NCBI GenBank assembly: GCA_049472335.1
Contig: JBLIRO010000088.1
Coordinates: forward strand, 1-18,439
Source: a bacterium
GTDB taxonomy: Bacteria > SZUA-182 > DTGQ01 > JAFGSM01
Direction: 5' to 3'
DNA length: 18,439 nucleotides
Shown: positions 1 through 8,666 of the stretch, piece after piece
Numbering within the stretch: the stretch's first letter is position 1
How the letters are laid out: every line of letters begins with the position of its first letter
The notes under the pieces: generated by a model
What the model was told of the DNA's origin: nothing
What the model saw: only the letters and a program-made list of their open reading frames with translations
Database searches by the model: none
Position numbers and translations under genes: made by a program

Positions 1-691
1 ACAATCACTGGCAGAAGTACAAGCGTCCAGATTAACTTGGCCAAGACGATAATTAAAGTAGTTACCAGCATAAACATATGCATCATAAATCCCAGGTCCT
101 AAAGTGCATTCACTAGATAATAAAACAGGTTATTTATCATTTAGAATATCGACCAGAGAACATTTAGTATATAGGATTTTTATAGTATATGAATTTGCTA
201 ATTCTTAATCAGAGTCCAAATACAGTCTATACAAAAGAATTACAGCAATAAAATGTATCTTACAAAATTATGTAAAAGAGCTAAAATTAACAATATGTTA
301 ATTTTTTCTATTATTAAGTATATACAAATTATTTTAATTTGTCAATAGAAATATTGATGGCTTATAATATTATTATTTTCATGATTGCTAATAACTTCTT
401 AATTTTTAATAAATCTATACGTAATAATTTATGATAAAATGGGAAAAATTTTTTCGTATATAGTTTTCAATATTAAGAGAAAACTTCAAATAGATCTGAA
501 AGAGAGATTTGACTTATAATTATTAATCCACAATAATAAAATAAGACATGTTTTCTCTTCCATTATCCAGATTGGCAGTCTGCTAACCCTCCAGAAAGGA
601 ATAAAGGCATTTTAGTTGTTTGAAAGATGAGATATAGCGGGGTCAGAACCTTATAACAAAATTTAATTTTAATATGATTTTCTTCCATATC

Positions 692-726
692 TTGCATTTT
701 AAAATTTGCATTTTGCAATTTTCAAT
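692..726. repeat. Degenerate heptamer tandem repeat (5 x TTGCATT-like)
   Basis: TTGCATT TTAAAAT TTGCATT TTGCAAT TTTCAAT in perfect 7-nt register, followed directly by a hairpin (728-758, CTTCTCAAG...TTTGAGAAG). Confidence 0.6.
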
Positions 727-885
727 TCTTCTCAAGATCCCACGGGGTTTTTGAGAAGTTACAATCTCATTGCCTTTATAAGGTTTTTAGTGCAGATTTC
801 TTGGATATTCAAGATTTATATAAATATTCTGAATATTAAAATAAAAGGATCTTGAAGTCAAAAAAGAAATTATTAGGAGACAGGA

Positions 886-1359
886 ATGATAGTAAAGGAT
901 GTCATGAAAAAGGATTTAGTTACAGTCAGGCGTTCAACTATGTTGAGTGAATTGATTCATCGGTTGCAGGACTTCCATACCTTTCCCTTGGTCCCGGTTG
1001 TGAATGAGGAGGGTCGCTTGCTAGGAACCGTTTCCTTTCATAATCTGATAGATGTATTTCAACCCTACGAATCAAGTCTGATAAAAGCCATCCCTTTTTT
1101 GGAAAGAGAGGAGATCGACATATTCGAGTTAGAGATCACTCCTGAGATGGCAACATTGATCGTTGTAGATGATATTATGGAGTCACATTTCATGACTGTT
1201 TCTGAAGAGGAAACCTTGGAGAAGGCATATAATCTAATGAAGATACACTCATTAGACAGGCTGCCTGTCATTGACCGAAAAAAAAGACTTGTAGGAATGA
1301 TAGGAGTTTTTGATATTCTGGTGGCGCTATTCCGCGAAAAGGGGATTATAAAGGACTAG
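886..1359 (+). CDS. CBS-domain pair protein
   Basis: Two CBS motifs (VKDVMKKDLVTV...LVPVVNEEGRLLGTVS; VDDIMESHFMTV...RLPVIDRKKRLVGMIGVFDIL). AGGAG RBS at 876-880. Confidence 0.92.
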   Translation: MIVKDVMKKDLVTVRRSTMLSELIHRLQDFHTFPLVPVVNEEGRLLGTVSFHNLIDVFQPYESSLIKAIPFLEREEIDIFELEITPEMATLIVVDDIMESHFMTVSEEETLEKAYNLMKIHSLDRLPVIDRKKRLVGMIGVFDILVALFREKGIIKD

Positions 1360-1364
1360 ATTCA

Positions 1365-2609
1365 ATGCATGCAAATTTAAATATTAATCCACTATTGGCC
1401 GTGGGAATATTAATAATTATAGGCTATCTGGGCGGTATGGCAGCCAAAAAAGTGAAATTTCCCAGAATCAGCGGCTACATTTTCATCGGTATGTTATTAG
1501 GTGTTTCCTTTTTAAATATTATATCCCAGGAAATCATCCATGGTGGTTTAAATATCATTACAGATATAACCTTGGGAATCATTGCATATTTGGTGGGTGG
1601 AAGCCTCAGCCTTGAATCCCTGAAAAGAGTAAGAAGGGATATCGCGTGGATTTCCCTTCTCGAAGCCCTGGGGGCATGGATCTTCGTTACTTGCATATTA
1701 TTATTGCTCGGCCCGTTTTTAATAAAGCTCAAGACCGGTGGCCTTGTTTATAGCCAGACATATTTGCCTATGGCCTTAATCCTAGGCGCCGTATCATTGG
1801 CTACCGCCCCTGCGGCCACCATAGCCATAATCCGGGAATATAAATCAAGAGGTCCGTTAACGACAATATTAATGGGGGTTGTGACATTAGATGATGCCTA
1901 TGCCATTATTGGAACTGCTATAGCCCTGAGCATTGCGGGGGCATGTATTGCCGGGATAGAGAGTTTTTCTGTTTATCAGATTATTATAACTCCCTTGTTT
2001 GAGATTGTGGGATCTATAGTAATAGGTGCTATTTTTGCTGTGGCATTAATGGGAATGAGTAAATTTGCAAAAAACAGACAGGCTTTATTGGCAATAGTAT
2101 TCGGAATGATAATGCTTTCCGCAGGTATGGCCAAAATGTTTAACTTTTCTCCGCTTTTGGTGAACATTGTCATGGGATTTTTTATAGTAAATCGAATGGG
2201 TTACAATAAGGATATATTTTTGGTTATCGATGACATTGAGGATGTTATATTTGCTGCCTTTTTTACACTTGCAGGTGCGCATCTTGATTTGGCAATTATG
2301 AAGGTGGCATGGACTTTGGCATTATTAATCATAATAGGCAGGTTTAGCGGCAAGCTGTTTGGGGCAAGGCTTGGTGCCTTTTTATCCGGAGCGCCATCTC
2401 AGGTTAAGAAATATCTCGGCTTCGGCCTTCTCCCTAAAGCCGGAGTTACTTTGGGATTAATATTGCTTGCTGTTGAGAATCCGGCTTTTGGGAGCTTTGG
2501 AGAGGTTATGGTAAACGGTGTGTTAGGCTCGGTTGTTATAAATGAGCTGATAGCCCCTCCCTTGGTTAAATACGCACTTTTTAAGGCAGGAGAAGTTACC
2601 GCTTCCTAA
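1365..2609 (+). CDS. Cation:proton antiporter (Na+/H+ exchanger superfamily, CPA2/NapA-like)
   Basis: About 12 hydrophobic segments; ATAPAAT and TLDDA (tandem Asp) motifs, FFTLAG, R..GK..G, LLPKAGV. Starts 5 nt after the CBS stop, so probably one operon. Confidence 0.9.
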   Translation: MHANLNINPLLAVGILIIIGYLGGMAAKKVKFPRISGYIFIGMLLGVSFLNIISQEIIHGGLNIITDITLGIIAYLVGGSLSLESLKRVRRDIAWISLLEALGAWIFVTCILLLLGPFLIKLKTGGLVYSQTYLPMALILGAVSLATAPAATIAIIREYKSRGPLTTILMGVVTLDDAYAIIGTAIALSIAGACIAGIESFSVYQIIITPLFEIVGSIVIGAIFAVALMGMSKFAKNRQALLAIVFGMIMLSAGMAKMFNFSPLLVNIVMGFFIVNRMGYNKDIFLVIDDIEDVIFAAFFTLAGAHLDLAIMKVAWTLALLIIIGRFSGKLFGARLGAFLSGAPSQVKKYLGFGLLPKAGVTLGLILLAVENPAFGSFGEVMVNGVLGSVVINELIAPPLVKYALFKAGEVTAS

Positions 2610-2646
2610 TACACCATAATCTTAACTTTTTCCCTGGATAAGGTCT

Positions 2647-2928
2647 TTAACTTTCTTGCTTTGACTCAATCCTCTTTAATTCAATCTTCATTTTGCTAAG
2701 CATTTTTTTAAGCCTTTTATTTTCTTCCAGAAGGGATTTCTCTCCTTGTGTCATTAGGTTTTTCTCAAAGGCAAGATGACCCGAATTGAGCAACTGATCC
2801 CGCCATCTGTAATATTGAGCATGAGATATTTTATACTCTTTACAAAGGAGACCGATATCCTTCTGCCCGCTTAAGGTTTCCATAATAATTTTAAATTTTT
2901 CCTGACTGCTCCATTGCCTTCGTCTCAC
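2647..2928 (-). CDS. Stand-alone IS3-OrfA-like HTH protein (transposase HTH plus coiled coil)
   Basis: RRQWSSQEKFKIIMETLSG...LCKEYKISHAQYYRWRDQL...LLEENKRLKKML matches the OrfA HTH/leucine-zipper pattern. Likely GTG start at 2928 behind AAGGAG; the ORF track starts at 2967. No OrfB nearby. Confidence 0.75.
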   Translation of the reverse strand: MRRRQWSSQEKFKIIMETLSGQKDIGLLCKEYKISHAQYYRWRDQLLNSGHLAFEKNLMTQGEKSLLEENKRLKKMLSKMKIELKRIESKQES

Positions 2929-3039
2929 AAGAATACGCTCCTTTCTTTTGAACAGTCCTAATACCAAATGACGTTTCTTAATGGGCAGCAGAATAATTCT
3001 TGAAGCAAATCAGATGTACCGAATTAAAGCGTTATCAAA

Positions 3040-4533
3040 TCATATCCTTTGACTATTATTTTTATAATTTAGGCCAAGTCTATAAATGATATAGTATTTA
3101 TTTATATTACTTACATATCGGACTGTCTCCTGACCGATGCTTTTTAAGGCTGCCATCTCAACATTTCGAAACCATCGATTTGGATTAAGCCCCATTTGTA
3201 GCGCCAATTTTCGGACTTTTTTAATTTTATTCGGCCCTGCATTATATGCGGCCAATGTGAAACGAATACGGTCCTTTTCTTTTATATTCGGATCACTAAA
3301 ATAATAGTCTCTCAAAAAAGCAAGATATTTCGTGCCTGCGTGTATGTTATTCTCAACCTCGGTTACCTTATGGATGCCTATTTTCTTCCCCGCAGCAGTG
3401 CTTGGTTTGATCTGCATAAGGCCTATGGCCCCAAAAGGGCTTTTTTTGCTGTGATCCAAGCCTGATTCCTGATAAGCTAATGCCATTATCAGCATCCAAT
3501 CAAAATTGTATTTGTTGGCATATTTTTTAAACAAGTCGATATAATATAGAATTTTCTTATGTTCTTTTTCAGTGAGGGGGTTTCTGATCCATTTATTGTT
3601 TTTATAATAACGATTAAAGAAGATGTTTCCCAAAAGAGTTCCCTTTTTGTGAGCCTTTATGAATTGGTTTAAACTTGATTTTAGCTCGGGATTGCCTTTT
3701 CGGATCATCCACGCAATTTTACCGCCTTTTCTAACCTTCAAATGATTCATTATTCTAATATTGTTAAAGACACTCGCCCATATTTTGGCTATATGACTAT
3801 CAGACACTGTTATATCAATGGCTTCGGAGTTAAGGAGTTCCAGAATGTCTTCCATTTCAAGGGTTTCATCCACTTTGATAATCTCGATAGGTACCATGGC
3901 TTTTTTCGATAACACGTCGTTGAGTGATAGGAGGCCTTCGTAATAACTGCTGCTTGCTCTCACAAATATCTTGCGGCCGGATAAATCCTCGATCTTTTTA
4001 AGCCCTTTGACACTGCCATTAACCACAATTACTTCATCGATTCCGGTTAAATACGGAGTAGTAAAGTCTATTTCCTTAAGCCTGTCAGGAGTAATTGTTA
4101 ATCCGGCTGCGGCAATGTCTCCAAGGCCTTCGTTCAGCATAGGGATCAACGCATCTCTTGATACCGGGATAATTTCTAAAACAATTTTTAATTCCGATTT
4201 TTTTATTCCCATATTCAAAAATTTCTCATATTCCTTTAAAAGGGAGTATTCAAACCCGTAAAGCTGTCCTCCTGAGATAAAAAAATTGGTTTTGTTAAAG
4301 GTGGTTAAAACCCTTATGTATCGCCTTTCTATAAGCCTGCTGAGGTCACCGGTATATTTTTCCCTCAAATGTGAACTGACAATGTGCAATGTGTCCGGTT
4401 CTTTTTCCATCCCTAGTTTTTTTTGGTTTCCCAATAAATCAAAGCTCATGGATATCAATAAAACACCAGGGATCAGACAAATTAACACAATGATAATTTG
4501 TATTTTTTTATGCTTTGTCATTTTTTTACTCAT
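3040..4533 (-). CDS. mltF: MltF-family lytic murein transglycosylase (periplasmic-binding-protein domain plus SLT domain)
   Basis: N-terminal TM; SBP-3 motifs (YGFEYSLLKEY, GDIAAAGLTITPDR, DFTTPY); SLT motifs AYQESGL (catalytic Glu), GLMQI, AAYNAG, ETVRYV. Confidence 0.9.
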   Translation of the reverse strand: MSKKMTKHKKIQIIIVLICLIPGVLLISMSFDLLGNQKKLGMEKEPDTLHIVSSHLREKYTGDLSRLIERRYIRVLTTFNKTNFFISGGQLYGFEYSLLKEYEKFLNMGIKKSELKIVLEIIPVSRDALIPMLNEGLGDIAAAGLTITPDRLKEIDFTTPYLTGIDEVIVVNGSVKGLKKIEDLSGRKIFVRASSSYYEGLLSLNDVLSKKAMVPIEIIKVDETLEMEDILELLNSEAIDITVSDSHIAKIWASVFNNIRIMNHLKVRKGGKIAWMIRKGNPELKSSLNQFIKAHKKGTLLGNIFFNRYYKNNKWIRNPLTEKEHKKILYYIDLFKKYANKYNFDWMLIMALAYQESGLDHSKKSPFGAIGLMQIKPSTAAGKKIGIHKVTEVENNIHAGTKYLAFLRDYYFSDPNIKEKDRIRFTLAAYNAGPNKIKKVRKLALQMGLNPNRWFRNVEMAALKSIGQETVRYVSNINKYYIIYRLGLNYKNNSQRI

Positions 4534-5017
4534 TTACTATTACAGTTCCAGTAAAGTTTTATTTGATTGTTTTCAATATCGAACATTGATCAATTGTTTA
4601 TATTAAAAGATTGGCGCTCTATTCATATTATAATTACATATTAGCAAGAAAACCTTACTGTATCAACACGCACAGAAATTATAAAAATTATATGTCCCCG
4701 GAATGCGGGGCTGGGCGCACCATTATTTAATTTTAATATAATTTTGTTTTATTATAGATTTTTAATTCAAATAATTTCTTTTGTAACCGATAAAAATAAT
4801 AAAGATTTCCGATGAAATAATAGTAACTATTTCTGGACTTTTATATGAAAAAATGCTTTTCTTTTCTTCTAATTGCAAATTAGAATAAAAATTATGGAAT
4901 TTTAGTTGAAAAAATCGTGCATTTTAAAACAACTAAAATGATACCAAAACAGCCATGTTTTTATATTAAATATTTTTTGGCTAAGTTGCTGACCTGAGGA
5001 GGAGAAGAAGATAATTT

Positions 5018-7627
5018 ATGGACTTCATTCAAAATATAACTGAAGGAAGATCGTTAAATATAGAGGCGTTGCGGAGCATACTGGACGAAAGCCTGAGAGA
5101 AGACGACTTTTTTTGTCGTAAAAGTTGTCGCCTTTTGGACAGTGCAGGTCTTGAAAAAAATGAAGCCTTAATGTTATTGGCACAGTATAGATCCAAAATT
5201 AAATATGGTTATGATTTATCAATAAGCAGCCTTTCTCATATATTACGTGTTTCGAAAAAAGATAAAAAAGAGACCTCTCTAAAAAGACTCGTTGAGTCAC
5301 CATTTTTTCTTATTAAGGCATGCTGGTTATATGATCATGCACCCAATTTTTATTTTTTCAATGGATATAAACCAAAAGATCTTGATGATTTTATTATTAA
5401 ATTTGCAAAGGAATACGAAACTAAATTTTTAAACAATAAAATATCCATAGAGAATTGGAAAAAGGTTAAAGCTGCCAGGCGTGTGCTGGCTTCTTCATTT
5501 TGGGAAAAAGATATTATTGATCCAATATTCTTCATAGAAAAAGTAATAAATCAAAATATTGAAGGTATTGAGATATCTTTCGATTTTCATCCATTCAATT
5601 ATACTAAATTACTTCCCGAGGAATTAAACAAAGAAAAACGGGAACAGATAAACGAGGCTAGAAGGAAGAGCGGGATAAAGATAGACATTCACAGCCCCAT
5701 TGTAGGGCCTTATTTTCCTTTACCCATTCCACGGAAAGGCCGTCAACTTTTTAACAATCCATTGAAATGCTTTGGACTTCAATGTGAGACCATTGAACTG
5801 GCAAAGGATATCGGAGCGGGATCAGTGGTTGTTCACCTGATAGACACCTCGAACCCAAGAAAGATGTCTGATTTGATAATGCAGGCAGGAGGAAGCAACA
5901 CTCGTGTGACTATTGAAAACTATTGTCAGACTAAAGAGTTACAAAACTCTGATAATTTCTTGGCTTATCTCGATGAGATCATTAAAATACTTCCCAAAGA
6001 AATTATAAGAAACAACTTTGGTATTACTCTGGATGTAGGACATCTTAATATTGAAGGGGAAGATCCTCTTGTTGCATCTGATAAAATTGGAAGTTGGTGC
6101 TATAATAATGGTGTATATATTCGCATACATGCTACGGATAATTATGGAAATTTACCTTTTACCCCTCCCAGTTATAGTGCTGATATACATAACAATGTCT
6201 CAGGTTTGGGAATAAATAATGAAGCAATAATCAAGCTCCTTCGCAGCAAGGGACTTAAATTTGATGTTGTTGCCGAGCAGATCAAACCACTTACACCGGA
6301 AGATATTGCTATAATCCATAAGGCACAATCGATCCCTCTTGGGAAATCATATGACGAATTCCTTTCAAAAGGCAAAGATATATTGACATCTGCCAGATTC
6401 GAAGAGCTCATAACGCCTGCTGTAATGAAAGAGAATCCCTATTTGTTCCTGGCTGGTTTAGAAGGAACCGATTCATTGAAAGAATATCTTGTCTACAGAA
6501 AAATACAGGAAAGAAAGTATTTGTTTGTGGATGATGCAAAAAAAATTTCTCAGGATTTTATGAAGATGCCTCAAAAAATCAAAAATCATCTAATAAGGTA
6601 TCTGGATGATTTATTGTTGCCTATTCAGGATGAGAAGGGGACGGTCTCGAAAAATCAACTCGGTTTGATATGTCAAAATATAAGTGGGGCATTATTTGGA
6701 ACAATAAACAATGAGCACTTAAGCCAAATTTTCTCTCAATCGAGGACTTATAGAAAAGGGGATGTAATATGCCGGCAAAATACCATCGGCCATGAAATGT
6801 ATTTTATAGAAGAAGGTGAAGCAAATATATTCGTTAAAGGTTCTCTGATTTCTTCATTAGGCCCGGGAGAGATATTCGGTGAGATCAGCCTTTTTTATAA
6901 TATCAAAAGGACCGCTACTATTAAGGCTGCTAAAGATAATACAAAGGTTCGGATTTTAAGCCGTAAGAATTTCATGAATCTTATTAGACGAAACCAACCC
7001 TATAGCTATGACCTAATCTATAGGCTTTATCACATACTTCCTGAAAGACTAAGAAATTTAATTGATAAATATAAGGCTTCGGTAGATTCTATTCATCTTA
7101 TTTTGGACAGAGAAGAAGATATTGAAACTTCAGTTGAGGAAGTCCCTTTGGATGTGGGACTAAAAACAGATATAATCCCTCCCTTTTCCCAGGAAGAAGC
7201 CGAAATGCTGTTCAAGCAAAAAAAGGAATTTGATGCGGATCAGGTTATCTTTTCGGAAGGGGATGATGGTGATCGTGTATTTTATATCTTAGAAGGAAAA
7301 GTCAAAGTTGTCACCCGTTCAACAACGAACAAAGAAATAAAATATGGGGAGTTGGGCGAAGGTGAGGTCTTTGGTGAAATGGCACTAATGGATAATAAAC
7401 CCAGATCTGCCAGTATTGTGGCAATAACTCCATGTAAAACAGCTTATATTGAAAAGAACGATTTCATAGATCTTTTGGATACCAGGTCGGAATTGGCCTT
7501 TCGATTGCTGGCTTATACTTGTGTAAGTATTTTAGAGCGCATACTCAGGTTGGATAAGGTTTATACAGAGATTAAAAATTGGGTGGATAACTATAAAACA
7601 ATTCGTACCAATTGGATCCCCTCCTGA
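5018..7627 (+). CDS. AP-endonuclease-2/EndoIV-type TIM-barrel metalloenzyme fused to two cyclic-nucleotide-binding domains
   Basis: TIM-barrel motifs DIHSP, VVVH, TIEN, TLDVGH, IHATDN, DIH, VAE. cNMP phosphate-binding cassettes FGEISLFYNIKRTAT (aa 620-634) and FGEMALMDNKPRSAS (aa 785-799). Confidence 0.88.
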   Translation: MDFIQNITEGRSLNIEALRSILDESLREDDFFCRKSCRLLDSAGLEKNEALMLLAQYRSKIKYGYDLSISSLSHILRVSKKDKKETSLKRLVESPFFLIKACWLYDHAPNFYFFNGYKPKDLDDFIIKFAKEYETKFLNNKISIENWKKVKAARRVLASSFWEKDIIDPIFFIEKVINQNIEGIEISFDFHPFNYTKLLPEELNKEKREQINEARRKSGIKIDIHSPIVGPYFPLPIPRKGRQLFNNPLKCFGLQCETIELAKDIGAGSVVVHLIDTSNPRKMSDLIMQAGGSNTRVTIENYCQTKELQNSDNFLAYLDEIIKILPKEIIRNNFGITLDVGHLNIEGEDPLVASDKIGSWCYNNGVYIRIHATDNYGNLPFTPPSYSADIHNNVSGLGINNEAIIKLLRSKGLKFDVVAEQIKPLTPEDIAIIHKAQSIPLGKSYDEFLSKGKDILTSARFEELITPAVMKENPYLFLAGLEGTDSLKEYLVYRKIQERKYLFVDDAKKISQDFMKMPQKIKNHLIRYLDDLLLPIQDEKGTVSKNQLGLICQNISGALFGTINNEHLSQIFSQSRTYRKGDVICRQNTIGHEMYFIEEGEANIFVKGSLISSLGPGEIFGEISLFYNIKRTATIKAAKDNTKVRILSRKNFMNLIRRNQPYSYDLIYRLYHILPERLRNLIDKYKASVDSIHLILDREEDIETSVEEVPLDVGLKTDIIPPFSQEEAEMLFKQKKEFDADQVIFSEGDDGDRVFYILEGKVKVVTRSTTNKEIKYGELGEGEVFGEMALMDNKPRSASIVAITPCKTAYIEKNDFIDLLDTRSELAFRLLAYTCVSILERILRLDKVYTEIKNWVDNYKTIRTNWIPS

Positions 7628-7704
7628 ATCCATAAAATTTATTTTCCTGCATAAAAATCACCTTTTGCTTAAGTGGAACCCCTGCAAGGGTAAACAGCCG
7701 GATT

Positions 7705-7733
7705 TTGACATTTATAAAATAAGGTATTAAATT
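7705..7733 (+). promoter_or_regulatory. Sigma70-type promoter candidate
   Basis: Perfect TTGACA (7705-7710), 17 nt spacer, TAAATT (7728-7733), in an intergenic gap between convergent genes. Confidence 0.5.
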
Positions 7734-7739
7734 AAAAAC

Positions 7740-7817
7740 ACACCTCGTTGTATTACCCTAACCTCCTTCACGGATCCATGGACCCGCCCTGCTCCGCCCG
7801 GGCGGGCTTTTATTTTT
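7740..7817 (+). ncRNA. Candidate small regulatory RNA with anti-SD-like seeds
   Basis: Lies between the promoter candidate and an intrinsic terminator, has no credible ORF, and is C/U-rich with ACACCTCG (7740-7747) and ACCTCCTT (7761-7768). Confidence 0.45.
7783..7817 (+). terminator. Intrinsic (rho-independent) terminator
   Basis: CCCGCCC (7783-7789) / GGGCGGG (7800-7806) stem followed by CTTTTATTTTT. Confidence 0.75.
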
Positions 7818-7884
7818 ACAGTAACCTCTTTTTTTCTTTAAGAAGGAAATTAGTCCCCCGTAGCTTCCAGTTTATAAGGATTAA

Positions 7885-8325
7885 TTAATCCTCAAATTTG
7901 ATTGCTTTTCCATTAAAATTAATAGATGAAGATATCCCGCAGCCACCACCGATAACCGATTCGGTTTTGTTATGATAAGTATTTGATTGTTCCTCCCACG
8001 GAGTAGAAGAAACTACTTCCCCTCCGTCTAAAAATTCACGATACACTTCAATAACTCCATCCGCTCCGACCTTTTCAGCTTGATCCATGAGTCTTTTTAA
8101 AGCAGCGGCTTCCGCGTCTTTGAGGCTTTTGAAGTCATCAATAAATGCGCTTGATTCTATAACGGAAATGACTTTATAAGCATTTTGGGGAGGGGTAAAA
8201 AAAATACTAATTTCCTTGCCCTGCCTATATGGCTTGGAGGTTTCAACAAAACTTTGTTTCGCGCATCCACATGTCAAAAAAAATGGAATGGTTAAGAATA
8301 AGATTTTCATGTACATTTTTTTCAT
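7885..8325 (-). CDS. Lipoprotein with YbjQ-like (putative heavy-metal-binding) domain
   Basis: GGAGG RBS; signal peptide ending LTCGC (Cys21); YKVISVIES...AALKRLMDQAEKVGADGVI...GKAIK pattern. Confidence 0.75.
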   Translation of the reverse strand: MKKMYMKILFLTIPFFLTCGCAKQSFVETSKPYRQGKEISIFFTPPQNAYKVISVIESSAFIDDFKSLKDAEAAALKRLMDQAEKVGADGVIEVYREFLDGGEVVSSTPWEEQSNTYHNKTESVIGGGCGISSSINFNGKAIKFED

Positions 8326-8666
8326 AGAATTTTCCTCCAGTTAGATCAACATTTCTAATTTTGGGCATGAAGCCTTTTCATGCTGCAGCTAGATATTAAT
8401 ACTTTATAAAAACGTAGAAATTCTGTTTTGCACGGGAAATATAACTTATATTAATACTTTCACTTTTTTATCATCATTATTTTATAAGGTCAAATGAGTT
8501 GAATTAGTCCCTTGGGGGATTTAACCCTCCTATGCTTCGCCGACAGAACAGGAAAATGTTAAAAACACACAAATAAACGATTTTGGAAGGGGGCTTGTTT
8601 TCGTGAGCGTGATATGAGTATTATGTTATATGATCATAAAAAGACCATAGTTTTGTGGAGGCATTA

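Noticed and set aside
1..129. Minus-strand open frames at the left edge (PVLLSSECTLGPGIYDAYVYAGNYFNYRLGQ... or MMHMFMLVTTLIIVL...)
   Set aside because: Too short and cut by the window edge, with no clear RBS or recognisable family; cannot choose a frame.
575..600. GTCTGCTAACCCTCC resembling the 3' part of a c-di-AMP (ydaO) riboswitch upstream of an ion transporter
   Set aside because: The 5' conserved elements (GCTGAATC, GGGGTGAATC) are not present.
1065..2282. Short antisense ORFs inside the CBS and antiporter genes, and similar shadow ORFs within mltF, TIM-cNMP, SH3b, anti-sigma, flavin reductase and transposase genes
   Set aside because: They lie wholly or largely within well-supported genes and show no motifs or RBS; typical antisense or alternate-frame shadows.
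8604..8631. dif-like site (TTATGTTATAT resembling a XerD arm)
   Set aside because: The XerC arm (TGAGCGTGATA) is a poor match; better explained as the -10 region of the SH3b gene promoter.
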